Origin: Planctomycetaceae bacterium UBA7805
Lineage (GTDB): Bacteria; Planctomycetota; Planctomycetia; Pirellulales; UBA7805
DNA: 64,000 bases
NCBI GenBank assembly: GCA_002480485.1
Contig: DLCF01000131.1
Span: forward strand, 10,380-74,379
Reading direction: 5' to 3'
Positions 37,855 to 48,693 of the stretch are shown piece by piece (the first letter of the stretch is position 1; every line of letters starts with the position of its first letter). The notes under the pieces were generated by a model that searched no databases, had not been told where the DNA came from, and saw only the letters and a list, made by a program, of their open reading frames with translations. A program made the translations under genes and the position numbers.

Positions 37855-40170
37855 TTAAACCAATCGCCACAATTTTCTGAGATACCACTCGCTCCCGATT
37901 AGTGCCACAAAAATCACCAGTACGTACCATTTGTCCCAAAAACTAGCGCTCACCTTGATTTTTTCTTCCAGCTCAACCGGGGTAATCAGCAATTGCTCCA
38001 CTAGGCCGTTCAACGCTTCCGGCGTGACCATTTTGCCACCCACATCTTTGGTTTGATAAGCCAGACTTTGAAGCATCGAGGCATCGCTTGTAGTGCCGGC
38101 TAATTCCCGGTCTTTCGTATAGACAAAAAATTGTGCAGAATCACTCCGCGTCGATGCCTCGCCCTTTGCATTAATGGTAAGGGTGTAATTTCCGAGCGTT
38201 TCGCAGTCGCGAATAAAACCTGAGTAGTTTTCGCCATTTCGTACCAGGGGGATGATCTCACGGCGACCGTCCGGCCCGAGGATCGAAGCCTCAAGCTGAA
38301 TATTTTTCGCATCCCCACTATCCTTTCTTTGACCTGCGTCAAAGGTGATCCGCTCACCCGGCGTGAACCGACGACGATCCAGTCGTACCCAGATGTCATT
38401 TATCTTTTGTTCCTCCTTACGAGCTAGCCAGAGGATAACCTGTCTCCAGAATCGTTGATAGCTATCGCGAAATCCTTTCATCACCCAACGCCATGTGGAA
38501 TCACCCGCAAAGGCGACTACGCGGCCCCCCGGTTCAGCTGTGACCAGGAGTGGATTCCCTTTGCCATCGTCGGCCAGAACACGGGCTCCGATCTTTACAC
38601 CCCGAAATCGATTGGCGCCACTCAAGGGAGGAAGCCGTAGCCAAGCTTCGCGGTTGTTGCCGTCTGAGGTGATTTGCATGATCTCACTTTTCTCACCCCA
38701 AGGAATAGAGGGTTGCATGACAAGCGGTCCCGGAAGGTGAAGGCTTTGGTCGATCGGTTCGTCAAATTGCTGCCGCACAAAACGATCAATTTGAGGATCC
38801 ATTTGTACCGGACTGATTGTTGCTAGCGGGGTGGTATGATAGCCGCCGGCTCGAAAACTATGCCATCCTCCTAGCATCAACAGCCCGGTGCCGTCGAGCA
38901 CACTTTGTCGCAATGATTGAAGATCTCCCGAAGTTTGCTTGTTTGCACTCTCTGGCAAAAATACACGGGAATCCACGTCGCCCAGTATTGTCACATCAAA
39001 TGCGCCGGGTTCGAAATAAGCTGCGAGATCTTTCCGTGGCCAACGATCCCTGTCGCGTGGATTGAGTGGCAGCAGCGTTACATCCATATCAGGCGAGCTC
39101 GCCAGTGCTCGACGAAGGAACCGCTGCTCGCGACGAATTTCACCCTCTACATAGAGTATCCGGATGCCGCCATCGAGCACGGTCAGCACCGCAGGCAGCG
39201 CGTTATTATCGGTGGTTATTTCCCCGGCTTGCGGCGGAACTTGTACAGCGATTTTGTAAGTTCCGGGCTTGTCTGGCGTGTAATCAAATTCGAAGGGTAT
39301 ATTTGCATCAGCTTCACCTTGCGTCACTGTTTGGCTGGCGACCCGTTCCTCTTTTCCATTCGCGTCTAAGAGGACCAACTCTAGAGGCAGCTCCTTATTC
39401 AGATAACCTGATATCCGCAGTGTTCCCCGAATCGGCACACGATTTTTAGCAAACACTACAAAGTCATCTGGCATAGATGTAATTTCGACATCGCGTACTT
39501 CGTCGCCCTCTTTGCGATCCCCAAAGGGCACCGCATACAACGGACACCCTAGGCGTTCAAGCATCCGAGCCACACTTGCGGGATCAATTTCTGACATTCC
39601 GACCGTCTGTTCAGCACCATCTCCCAAAAGAATCATACCTAGCAGTCGTTTTCCATCCTCTCTTTGGAGTACATCACGCATGCTCGCGCCGTAGCCACTC
39701 TCACTGCCATCGGGAAGCGTGATGGACGAAAGTACGCCACCCAGATCAATCGGGTCCGCTTTTTTGTCAAATGCGTAAACATTGACCTCAAAATCTTTCT
39801 CTTGTTGTAACCGTGCGAGCGGCTCCCGAACGGTTGTCAGCAAATTTTGCATTTGCTTCCAGCGAGATTCGCCACTCGGTGTATCTTTAATTTGCATGCT
39901 TCGCGACTTGTCAATCAGCAACAACAGGGTTGCCGATTGCCTTTCACTTTCCGTCGTGATGTGACTTGGACGCAGGAGCACTAGTAAGAGGGTTAAGATC
40001 ATGGCCAGCCGAAGTGCAGCCAGCACAACTCTCCGCCTTGCCGGCAGTGGCGTAAATAACAGTGACGCCGTCCAGGTTGCCAATAATGCAATAGCGATCA
40101 AGGCGAATACAACGTATGCTCCGCCCGAAAAATACTGTTCCGTAATTGGACTAAGTCGCCAGTGCTGCAT
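37855..40170 (-). CDS. Membrane protein with vWA and GATase1-like (DUF1355-type) domains
   Basis: Two N-terminal TMs, MIDAS-like DKSRS, GDG, LYVEG, GLLMLGG..SF..GGY, TWRW...FWRQ, and C-terminal EWYLRK. Confidence 0.8.
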   Translation of the reverse strand: MQHWRLSPITEQYFSGGAYVVFALIAIALLATWTASLLFTPLPARRRVVLAALRLAMILTLLLVLLRPSHITTESERQSATLLLLIDKSRSMQIKDTPSGESRWKQMQNLLTTVREPLARLQQEKDFEVNVYAFDKKADPIDLGGVLSSITLPDGSESGYGASMRDVLQREDGKRLLGMILLGDGAEQTVGMSEIDPASVARMLERLGCPLYAVPFGDRKEGDEVRDVEITSMPDDFVVFAKNRVPIRGTLRISGYLNKELPLELVLLDANGKEERVASQTVTQGEADANIPFEFDYTPDKPGTYKIAVQVPPQAGEITTDNNALPAVLTVLDGGIRILYVEGEIRREQRFLRRALASSPDMDVTLLPLNPRDRDRWPRKDLAAYFEPGAFDVTILGDVDSRVFLPESANKQTSGDLQSLRQSVLDGTGLLMLGGWHSFRAGGYHTTPLATISPVQMDPQIDRFVRQQFDEPIDQSLHLPGPLVMQPSIPWGEKSEIMQITSDGNNREAWLRLPPLSGANRFRGVKIGARVLADDGKGNPLLVTAEPGGRVVAFAGDSTWRWVMKGFRDSYQRFWRQVILWLARKEEQKINDIWVRLDRRRFTPGERITFDAGQRKDSGDAKNIQLEASILGPDGRREIIPLVRNGENYSGFIRDCETLGNYTLTINAKGEASTRSDSAQFFVYTKDRELAGTTSDASMLQSLAYQTKDVGGKMVTPEALNGLVEQLLITPVELEEKIKVSASFWDKWYVLVIFVALIGSEWYLRKLWRLV

Positions 40171-40212
40171 GATCGAGTGAATAGGTTTTGGCTTTTATCG
40201 ATGAATTATCGT

Positions 40213-42387
40213 TCAAGACGATCGGGTTCGCCGGTAGAAAAATGTGGCCAGTAAGCCTTCAACCGCTACCACGATTGAAAGCGCAAGTAGTAACCAGGGA
40301 GCTGCCTCCCATTTGGTTTTCGCCTCGGCATCTTCACGTAAACGATTAAGTGAATCGGTCAAGGTATGGATTGGTAAACGATCCGGTGGATAGCGATCGG
40401 CCCAGTCCACACGATCGGCGCGCGATAGGTTGGTTTGCCGAACCGGCAGATTCACACTGAATCCGTATTCGGTGCCCTCATTTCCACCAGCACCAATCCG
40501 GTAGTTGCCGGGAATCTCTGTGCCACTGACCAGAAGTTGCTCACCCTGATCGGTGGGCGCGATACGTCGGCTTCCCGTTGGAGTTTGCAGAAGATAGGAA
40601 TCGATGTCGCGGTCTTCCGCGTAGATTGGCAACCGTGCCACTTCACCGGTACGGTAATTTAGCTCTGCTTCGGTGCCACCGACGAGATATTCGGCCATCA
40701 TTCCGACCAACACAAAACCGGGCCAAGCCATTTCTCGCGGCGCAAGCAGTTCATTCCATGGTTTTCCGCTTCCCGCAGTGAGCGACGTAGTGAGCAATAA
40801 GATGCGACCCCGTCCCTGTTCGCGTGTAATAAGAGCCGGTTTCCCATTGTTATATGGAATCACCACTCGTGCCTGTGCATCCAGGGCCCCAACTTCCCAG
40901 ATTTTAAATACGGGATTTTCTTGCCACGGGATGCTGCCCTCCCGTGACTTGAACCGTCTCAGTAACGGATGCTCCAAACGATCTGGCGCTAAATAAAGAT
41001 CACCTCTCCACTGACGTTGCAACGGCGCGGGCATGATTTCGAGCGATGCGGTAGCGTTAAACACTTCGGGAGTCATCCCAGCATCACTTCCCAAGGCAAT
41101 GGCTAAGCCAGTCCCACCATCGACCAGCGTCAAAAGTTGATTCCATTGCGCGCTCGGGATTGGAGGGGGGTCTAGGAGCCAAACGGCGTCGAGTCCATCC
41201 ATGTTTTCATCCGACAAGGCAGCATACGAAATCGCCTCCAACTCGTAGCGTGTTTCCCCCTGCTGACTCAGCGTCGGGGGGGCGATTGCGGTCGATAGGT
41301 TACGAGTCTGTTGTTCCACCGGTTCGGGTGCCACAAGCAGCATCTGGTATGGATCACGCACGGAGATGGTAAAATATCGCCGGTTATCAACCGGCAAATC
41401 GTCTTGTCTAGAGAGTTCCACATATCCCTGCAGGATGCCCTGGTCCCCGGCACGAATCTGAAATTCTATCGGTAGTTGATCGCCCGGTTGGCAATCCAAC
41501 CACCTTTCCCCTTTTTTTTCCGGGTTCCCGTTGGAATTGAAAACATAGCATTCGATCAATTGTCGCCCTGAGCAGCCTAGGCAGCTTAACTCAGTCCGAA
41601 TGCCGATAAGATCTTTCTCTGAAACCACCGTGCGATCGAGATGAAGATCTCCCAGCGATACATTCACAGGATTCTCAGCGCCAACATCCAGCAGTGAAAA
41701 ATGAATGTCTGGGTATCTTTCCAGACGCTGTTTCCAGGTGGCCTCTACAGATTGCGAATCCCAGTCCACAGCACCGAAATCGGTCAGCAAATAAAGTTCT
41801 TTTCGTGCTTTGTCATTTTTTTCCAGCAGTGCGATGGCGTTGTCCACCAAAGCATTGAGGTCAGCTGAGCCATCGGCATCTGCCAATTGATCGATCCGAT
41901 CGATCGATGCCCCCCGATCTCGGTCGAACTGGCTTCGAGGACCGGTTGAGTCAAGCACGACAATTTGACTTCCTTTGGGCAATTGATCGATCACCTCGAG
42001 CCCGACGTCCCGCGCAAGCTCCAGGCGAGTTTTGTTCTCGCGGAGATAATTCATTCGTGGCCTGGTATCAAAAGCGATCGCCGCCGCGACCGGTGCAGAA
42101 CCAGCGGAGAAGAAACCCGAAGAATGAAAAATCGGTCGAGCTAATGCTGATGCGAGTAGCAGGATGACCAGGCATCGGAGCAGGAGCAACAATAGATGCC
42201 TTAGTTTCAGTCTTCTGTGATTTGATTCTCTACGAATCTGGAGAAATCGGAGCGCAGGAAATTCGAGTTTTCTCGGCCGCTCGCGCATTGCTAGGTGTAG
42301 GGCGATTGGTATCGCCACCAGCAGGCTACCCACGAGCAACAAGGGTGTGATGAAGGTCGGTGTGATGGGAAAGTTACCCGATTTCAA
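40213..42387 (-). CDS. BatA N-terminal double-TM domain/vWA-like protein
   Basis: PIALHL...FPALRFL...LLLLLRCL...ALARP (BatA signature), degenerate vWA, DNRRY and a C-terminal TM. Start uncertain (TTG; no ATG nearby). Confidence 0.8.
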   Translation of the reverse strand: MKSGNFPITPTFITPLLLVGSLLVAIPIALHLAMRERPRKLEFPALRFLQIRRESNHRRLKLRHLLLLLLRCLVILLLASALARPIFHSSGFFSAGSAPVAAAIAFDTRPRMNYLRENKTRLELARDVGLEVIDQLPKGSQIVVLDSTGPRSQFDRDRGASIDRIDQLADADGSADLNALVDNAIALLEKNDKARKELYLLTDFGAVDWDSQSVEATWKQRLERYPDIHFSLLDVGAENPVNVSLGDLHLDRTVVSEKDLIGIRTELSCLGCSGRQLIECYVFNSNGNPEKKGERWLDCQPGDQLPIEFQIRAGDQGILQGYVELSRQDDLPVDNRRYFTISVRDPYQMLLVAPEPVEQQTRNLSTAIAPPTLSQQGETRYELEAISYAALSDENMDGLDAVWLLDPPPIPSAQWNQLLTLVDGGTGLAIALGSDAGMTPEVFNATASLEIMPAPLQRQWRGDLYLAPDRLEHPLLRRFKSREGSIPWQENPVFKIWEVGALDAQARVVIPYNNGKPALITREQGRGRILLLTTSLTAGSGKPWNELLAPREMAWPGFVLVGMMAEYLVGGTEAELNYRTGEVARLPIYAEDRDIDSYLLQTPTGSRRIAPTDQGEQLLVSGTEIPGNYRIGAGGNEGTEYGFSVNLPVRQTNLSRADRVDWADRYPPDRLPIHTLTDSLNRLREDAEAKTKWEAAPWLLLALSIVVAVEGLLATFFYRRTRSS

Positions 42388-42476
42388 AGTTATCTGTCAC
42401 GGCATTATCTATCCGTATTATCACATTCCAAAAGGCCAAACCCTAGATCAGACACCAATTTTTTGCTCAGCACGGT

Positions 42477-43748
42477 CTAAGATGTTTCTACTTCGGAGCT
42501 TGGCAGCAGGTGTTCGATCCAATCCGCTGCTTCTTCTCTCGGCCGTGCGCTTTCGAAACGGGCAGCCACCTGCTTGCAGCGGGTCGATATTTCATCGGAC
42601 CGCAGCAGATGCTCGAGCATTTTTTTTACCCTGGGAACCTGAAATTCATGGCGAAAAAGCCCCCTGCCGACACCAAGCCGCTGGACACGATTCGCGTTAT
42701 CCGGTTGGTCGAACGCCATGGCCATGATCAATTGCGGAATGGCGGCTGCCAACGCCTGAGCTGTGGAGCCGATGCCACCATGATGCACTAGTACCGCAGA
42801 TCGCGCTAAAAGTTGACTAAAGGGGACATAGGGGAAATGCATAATGCCGGCAGGCAGATTACGCGGAATGTGGGCTGCATGCCGACTCAATAATATCGCC
42901 CGTCCTCCCAACTGGTCGGTTGCGGCCACGGCAACTTCAAAAAAATCTTTACCGTGCCGCATCGCGGATCCGGGGGTAAACACCAGCGGTGGGCTTCCTG
43001 CCTCGAGAAATTGCTGGAGTCGGGGGTCGCGGTGTGCAACAACGCTCTCGTCCCACATTGGAAAACCTGTGAGGTGGGTGTTCTGTGGCCAATCGACCTG
43101 CAGCGGAGCATACCAGTCGGGAAATAACCCAAGCACACAGTCAGGAGAGTGACACCAATGGTTCATGAAGCGATGGACTGGCTGCAATCCTAATTCAGCA
43201 CGGAAGGCATTTGTTGCCCGGTTCAGCAATGGATCGACCAACAATCGATCAGCTAGGTAGAATTGAAAACGTTTAAGCCAATGCGGAACCCGCTGCCCGG
43301 TAAGCATCGGCGGAATCTTTGGCGTGTCGTGTACGCTGCGAAAAACGACCGGTTGCAGATGCAGTGTGACTAAGGGAATCCCAAAACTTTCCCGAGCAAC
43401 CCGCGCACCAAATGCAGTTAGAGGAGCGACGACTACCGTGTTGCCGGGAATGTATAGTTCTCGGAGCAATTCATAAATAGGGCGTAGCGTGTGCACGATT
43501 GCCCATCGCACCAGCAGTCGAACGCCCCGTACCCGATGCCAGACATCAGGATCGTCTGCCACCGTGTCAAACTCCTCAGATGTCCCCAACGGGCGAAATT
43601 CAAAACCGAGACGTCTGACAAGTGATTCAAAGCTGGGATTCGTAAGAATAATCACCTCGTGGTTGCGCTGCGCAAGTTCTTCCGCAATTCCCAGCACCGG
43701 ATGAACATCGCCAGAACTGCCGATTGCAATTAAGATCATCCGCGCCAT
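42477..43748 (-). CDS. GT1 family glycosyltransferase (RhlB/sterol-glucosyltransferase-like)
   Basis: Motifs GSSGDVHP, FTPGS, HHGGIGST and AFDQPDNA; ATG at 43748. Confidence 0.9.
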   Translation of the reverse strand: MARMILIAIGSSGDVHPVLGIAEELAQRNHEVIILTNPSFESLVRRLGFEFRPLGTSEEFDTVADDPDVWHRVRGVRLLVRWAIVHTLRPIYELLRELYIPGNTVVVAPLTAFGARVARESFGIPLVTLHLQPVVFRSVHDTPKIPPMLTGQRVPHWLKRFQFYLADRLLVDPLLNRATNAFRAELGLQPVHRFMNHWCHSPDCVLGLFPDWYAPLQVDWPQNTHLTGFPMWDESVVAHRDPRLQQFLEAGSPPLVFTPGSAMRHGKDFFEVAVAATDQLGGRAILLSRHAAHIPRNLPAGIMHFPYVPFSQLLARSAVLVHHGGIGSTAQALAAAIPQLIMAMAFDQPDNANRVQRLGVGRGLFRHEFQVPRVKKMLEHLLRSDEISTRCKQVAARFESARPREEAADWIEHLLPSSEVETS

Positions 43749-43789
43749 GGTTGCCTTTCTGCTCCAATCTCTCACATGGCCCAAGTCAC

Positions 43790-45022
43790 TCAGGGCCTAT
43801 CATCCACTTGCGTGTCGGCAAATTGCGCTGATGGGATCAAAATGCAAGACTCCACACGATTGGCCAAACGTGCAATTTCAGCAGCCTCTTCAATCGGGGC
43901 AAAACCCAATTCCGAGACCAACTCATTCTCAAGTTGACTCAGAAGAAACAGGTTGGCTTGCTCGCGTGCCGCAAGCAAAACGGTCGCGACGATCGCATCG
44001 ACAGAGTTGTTGCTCCTTATCGCGTGATTTGCAGCAGACAGATCATTATCGCAGGCGAGTTGGCGTAGTGCTGAACTTGGGGTGGGCACCGCTGCGAGCT
44101 CACTGCAGATCGCTATGATCCCTCCCTCGCAAACGGTAGGCAACGCGGCGTCCACGACTCGGGCAATGTTTTCCCAGGTTTGCTGGCCCTCATCGCCATC
44201 GATGCCCACAATGGCCAGCTGCGCTTGACGACGCACGTCGTGTTGATGGACAGCCTCGATCCGATGCATACCGACCTCGCTCACTTTACCCGGATCGCCG
44301 GCAAGAATTTGCAAGATGGAGTTGCCGCCTCCGGGAATTACCTGCAGCGTGGCATGGAGTCCCAAAAGCCATGCCGCCTCCTTGCTCTCTTCGGCTCTAC
44401 GCCGCCTCGTCTCATCCGGATCCTCATTGCTTACCTTTTGGTAACGTTCTATCGTAGCGCGATCGGCAAAGGTCGGAAATAGAACGGTATGCAATCCGTA
44501 AAACGAAATCGCCGTGCGGGGGCGAAGGCAGCCGATGGGAAATACGACATCGGCATCCTGAATCACCCGATTCAAATAGATCGGTTGGTTTTCAGATGAC
44601 GTGGCGAGAAATCCGAGTTGCTCACGGTTGTCAGGATCATGCGTGACAAGTTTAACGTGTTTTGCAATGGTCTCAGGCAGTTCATTGCGAGGATCTTCCG
44701 ACTTGTCTATTACGTTGCGGGCGGTGAGAATCGTAATATCTTGTGGAGCGATAGCTGCCTCGCAGAGAGGCCCGATCAGTCCAGCAACAAGCAATTGGGA
44801 TCTCGGTACTGAGGGGTCGAGCGGAATTGCAACGCGGTCCCCAGATACGACCGCTTGCGTCAATGGCGGGTATCCGATCGGATCGAGTATTGCCGCTGCA
44901 ACGGCAGCAACCAGATCATCGAGGGGTTCACCAGCATCAGGACCGTAGGAAGCTAATATTTTCTCGTCAGGTAGAGCAAGATTCAAGACAGCCCTGCGGC
45001 CGTAAGCGAGTTGGGATTCCAT
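43790..45022 (-). CDS. LarA/DUF2088 (lactate racemase-like) protein, apparently degenerate
   Basis: LAYG start, AILDPIGYPPL, THDPD, G.TS...PIYLNR.I.DAD, and V.EGG.I; ATG at 45022. Confidence 0.72.
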   Translation of the reverse strand: MESQLAYGRRAVLNLALPDEKILASYGPDAGEPLDDLVAAVAAAILDPIGYPPLTQAVVSGDRVAIPLDPSVPRSQLLVAGLIGPLCEAAIAPQDITILTARNVIDKSEDPRNELPETIAKHVKLVTHDPDNREQLGFLATSSENQPIYLNRVIQDADVVFPIGCLRPRTAISFYGLHTVLFPTFADRATIERYQKVSNEDPDETRRRRAEESKEAAWLLGLHATLQVIPGGGNSILQILAGDPGKVSEVGMHRIEAVHQHDVRRQAQLAIVGIDGDEGQQTWENIARVVDAALPTVCEGGIIAICSELAAVPTPSSALRQLACDNDLSAANHAIRSNNSVDAIVATVLLAAREQANLFLLSQLENELVSELGFAPIEEAAEIARLANRVESCILIPSAQFADTQVDDRP

Positions 45023-45079
45023 CGATTTATGATAGGTGGCTGGCCGGCACAGCGTCAAGCTTCGCCACTGCCTCCGTAT

Positions 45080-46594
45080 CTAACGATCGATTGAGGGATC
45101 CTGCCACATGGGAATACCCTCAGCTTTCTTTTGTTCCGCATAGCGTTGGTGAAAAGGGCGAATGGAGGAAAGGGATACCCCTTCATTCACCATTTTTTCC
45201 CGTGTCATCTTCCACCAGGCATCATAGGCCAGAAGCATGCGATCCGCTTCGGCCCGATGCACGCCGATCACATTTTCGGTCTGCGATGGGTCACGGATTA
45301 TGTCATAAAGTGCGTCTTTACCAACCAGCCGAAATCGCGACCCACGCACGGCGAAATGCTTCCATTGGCAGGTATCCGGATTGGTGCCCACCGGCCAACG
45401 TCCTCGATGCGTGAAGAGGTACCTCGGTGGCGGCGATCCCTGCTTCAAAAACGGGAGCAAATTTTTGCCCTCGACCTGTTCGATCGGCACCGCAATTCCG
45501 GCGAGCGATGCGAGCGTCGGAAACACATCAATATGGGCAGCAGGAAAATCCAGATTTCGATCGGCAGTGATGTGACCGTCCCAGCGGATGAAGAAGGGAA
45601 CTCGTACACCACCCTCATCGGTACTTCCCTTTAGTCCCTTCATGCCTGCGTTAAAACAGCGCAGTGGCGTCCCGTCGGGTTGGACTCCCAGTTGCTTGCC
45701 CGGGCCCCCGGCACCGCTACCCGCCATTCCGTTATCAGACATGAAGATGATGCACGTATCGTTAAGTAAATTCCAGTCGCCAAGTTTTTTGGCTAAGAGT
45801 CCTATGTTCTCATCGATATTTTCGATCATGCCGTAGTAGCCGGCGTGATTTTTTTTAAATCCAAGGCGTTCAAACCGCTTGCGATTCTTTTCCGGTGCAA
45901 TGAACGGACCGTGCGGGGCGTTGGTGGCGATGTATGCGAAAAATGGTTCCTCGCGATCCCTTGCCTGGTTGATCCAACCCAAGGCTGCAAGAAAGAAGAC
46001 GTCGGTGCAAAATCCTTGCGTTTTAACGAACTTGCCGTTGTGTCGAATCACCGGGTTGTGATAGCTGTTCCCGGGCGCATCGGCACAACTGCAATCGTAC
46101 GCCTGCCCGATACCGCCCGCGCCATGAATAAACGCCTCGCTAAAACCCCGTCGGTGCGGTTGATAGGGTTCCTCATCTCCCAAGTGCCACTTGCCGAAAA
46201 TGCCCGTTTGGTACCCTGACCGCTGCAGCAGCTCAGCAAGCGTGACTGCATCGAGCGCCATCCTTTCACGCTCGAAAATGGTATGCGTGACCCCATTTTG
46301 CATGGGATGCCGTCCGGTCATAAGGGCAGCGCGGGTCGGCGAGCAGGTTGGGCTCACCAAAAATCGTCGCAAGCGCGTACTTTTATCGTAAAGTGCATTG
46401 AGGTGCGGTGTGCGGATCCATGGATGCCCATGGCGACCGATCGGTGCGTATCCCTGATCGTCAGTAATGATAAGAATCACATTCGGACGTGACCCTTCAA
46501 GAAATTTTTCCGCAGCCAAAGTGCCGGTCGATAAAAAACCACCCACAAGGCAAAGCAGGCAGCTAAAAATAAAAACGACAGTCAAATATCGCAT
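45080..46594 (-). CDS. Secreted arylsulfatase (FGly-type)
   Basis: Motifs PNVILIITDDQG, CSPTRAALMTG, GKWHLG, APHGP, SDNG and EGGVRVP. Confidence 0.95.
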   Translation of the reverse strand: MRYLTVVFIFSCLLCLVGGFLSTGTLAAEKFLEGSRPNVILIITDDQGYAPIGRHGHPWIRTPHLNALYDKSTRLRRFLVSPTCSPTRAALMTGRHPMQNGVTHTIFERERMALDAVTLAELLQRSGYQTGIFGKWHLGDEEPYQPHRRGFSEAFIHGAGGIGQAYDCSCADAPGNSYHNPVIRHNGKFVKTQGFCTDVFFLAALGWINQARDREEPFFAYIATNAPHGPFIAPEKNRKRFERLGFKKNHAGYYGMIENIDENIGLLAKKLGDWNLLNDTCIIFMSDNGMAGSGAGGPGKQLGVQPDGTPLRCFNAGMKGLKGSTDEGGVRVPFFIRWDGHITADRNLDFPAAHIDVFPTLASLAGIAVPIEQVEGKNLLPFLKQGSPPPRYLFTHRGRWPVGTNPDTCQWKHFAVRGSRFRLVGKDALYDIIRDPSQTENVIGVHRAEADRMLLAYDAWWKMTREKMVNEGVSLSSIRPFHQRYAEQKKAEGIPMWQDPSIDR

Positions 46595-46643
46595 CGCGGT
46601 TCTCGTTAATCGGCACCAGCGGCATTATTCTCTGCCGATCCGA

Positions 46644-47297
46644 TCAGCTGGTCACATCTGATTGTAAGTGCTGGACCCATGCCGGCGGTACATTGAGCAG
46701 GATACTCTCGCGCCGTACGCGATGTCCACTGATGTGCCTCTCCATCACCGTATTGACCTCTCGGATTCGTTGGCGATCGCTCCCCAGAGTTACCATTTTC
46801 CGGATCGGCCGCACGTACATATATTCAAAGTAACTGAGCATTCCTCCCGGTTTTAGTAGGTTGAAATACGCAGCGGTGATTGCCTCGACCATCGCTGTCG
46901 GGAAGTTAACATGGGGCAGCCCAGAGATGATAAAATCGTATTTTTCCTTAGGCTCGAAATCTTGAAGTGGAAGTTGATAAATTTCTGACATCTCGGCAGC
47001 CTGCTGCCAGTGTGGTTCATGTGCGAAACGCTCGTGGAGTACCTCGACGAAGTGTTCATTTAATTCGACAAGATGGTAGGCATCACCCGGTGTTAGTAGG
47101 CGGACAATACGATCAGTGAAGGGCCCTGTTCCAGGTCCACATTCCAACACTCGGATGGCAGCATCGTCTCGCTGCTGAACGTAGCGAGTAATAGCACGCG
47201 CCAAGAAACGACTGCTCGGGATCAAGGAGCCAGTCGTCTCGAATCGAGAGCCAAATTGTTTGACAAATGTAGCTTGCTGACGCAACTTACTTCGCAT
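46644..47297 (-). CDS. PmtA/OlsG-like lipid N-methyltransferase
   Basis: Motifs TGSLIPSSRFLA, VLECGPGTG, IISGLP and NVPPAWV. Confidence 0.8.
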   Translation of the reverse strand: MRSKLRQQATFVKQFGSRFETTGSLIPSSRFLARAITRYVQQRDDAAIRVLECGPGTGPFTDRIVRLLTPGDAYHLVELNEHFVEVLHERFAHEPHWQQAAEMSEIYQLPLQDFEPKEKYDFIISGLPHVNFPTAMVEAITAAYFNLLKPGGMLSYFEYMYVRPIRKMVTLGSDRQRIREVNTVMERHISGHRVRRESILLNVPPAWVQHLQSDVTS

Positions 47298-47508
47298 AGG
47301 GCACCGATCTCAGGCGTGAAACGCAGGAAGTTAGATTTTCAGCCCTGCCCGACCGATCGTATCCCGTTCACTGCACCAACACAAGGTAAAGCCGCGTGCG
47401 GATCCAGCGAGTTTTCAGTTCCGAAGGTCTCTACAGATGCAATAACGTACGTGGTAAGTTGATTCGCTCATCGATTATTAGCTAGAGCCGAAGAGGGGGA
47501 AGATTCCA

Positions 47509-48693
47509 GTGGCAAAACAAACGATTGCGGATATTCCGCTCAACGGTAAAACGGTATTGGTGCGAGTCGATTTCAATGTGCCGCTTGATGAATCGCAGCA
47601 AATTACTGACGACCGAAGAATTCGTATGGCGTTGCCCACGATCGAAAAAATTCTCACCGGGGGCGGGCGGGCGGTATTAATAAGCCACTTAGGTCGTCCA
47701 GAGGGAAATGGTCAGGATGAAAAATTCAGTCTGCAACCCGCAGCGGATCGGTTGAGCGAACTACTCGACCGACCGGTCGCCTTTGCCAAAGATACGATTG
47801 GTGTCGATGCTCGTCAAAAGGTGGACAGCAATGCCGAAGTAGTCGTGCTTGAAAATTTACGATTCAATGCGGGTGAGAAAACGGGCGACATAAATTTCGC
47901 AGAGCACTTGGCAGGGTTTGCCGATGTTTATTGCAACGATGCCTTCGGGACTTGCCACCGCACTGATGCATCGATGGTTGCCGTGCCAAAAGCAATGCAG
48001 GGAAAACGCCGCGTTGTCGGATTCCTGGTAGCTCGTGAAATTGAATATCTTTCCGATATTCTGGCTGATCCGGCACGCCCGTTCGTGGCGATTCTTGGTG
48101 GAGCAAAGGTGTCTGATAAAATTGGTGTGATCGAAAATTTACTCGGCATTTGCGATCATGTGCTTATCGGTGGAGCGATGGCTTACACTTTTGCACTTGC
48201 CCGTGGAGGCCACGTAGGCGACAGCCTGGTTGAGCCCGACAAAGTCGAATTGGCGAAGCAGCTTTTGCAAGATGGTGGCGAAAAACTCATATTACCGGTC
48301 GACACGCATTGTGGCGATACTTTCGCAGCCGATTGCAACAAGCAGGTCTTTGTAGCAGGCGAAATCCCGGCCGGTTTCATGGGACTTGATATCGGACCGC
48401 AGACAGCTAGTCACTACGCAAACTTAGTTGCGGATGCCAAGACGGTCGTCTGGAATGGACCGATGGGCGTCTTTGAAATGCCCCCGTTTGACGCGGGGAC
48501 CCGCGCAGTCGCCGAAGCGATTGCCGACAGCGATGCAATTAGCATTATCGGGGGTGGAGACAGTGCAGCCGCAATCGAACAGTTGGGATTCGCCGATCAG
48601 GTTTCCCACGTGAGCACTGGGGGCGGTGCCAGTCTGGCTATGCTCGAAGGGAAAAACTTTGCCGCCGTTGAAATGCTCGACCAGGTCGATTGA
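47509..48693 (+). CDS. pgk: Phosphoglycerate kinase
   Basis: Motifs [33 protein letters not shown] and HVSTGGGAS. Confidence 0.98.
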   Translation: MAKQTIADIPLNGKTVLVRVDFNVPLDESQQITDDRRIRMALPTIEKILTGGGRAVLISHLGRPEGNGQDEKFSLQPAADRLSELLDRPVAFAKDTIGVDARQKVDSNAEVVVLENLRFNAGEKTGDINFAEHLAGFADVYCNDAFGTCHRTDASMVAVPKAMQGKRRVVGFLVAREIEYLSDILADPARPFVAILGGAKVSDKIGVIENLLGICDHVLIGGAMAYTFALARGGHVGDSLVEPDKVELAKQLLQDGGEKLILPVDTHCGDTFAADCNKQVFVAGEIPAGFMGLDIGPQTASHYANLVADAKTVVWNGPMGVFEMPPFDAGTRAVAEAIADSDAISIIGGGDSAAAIEQLGFADQVSHVSTGGGASLAMLEGKNFAAVEMLDQVD

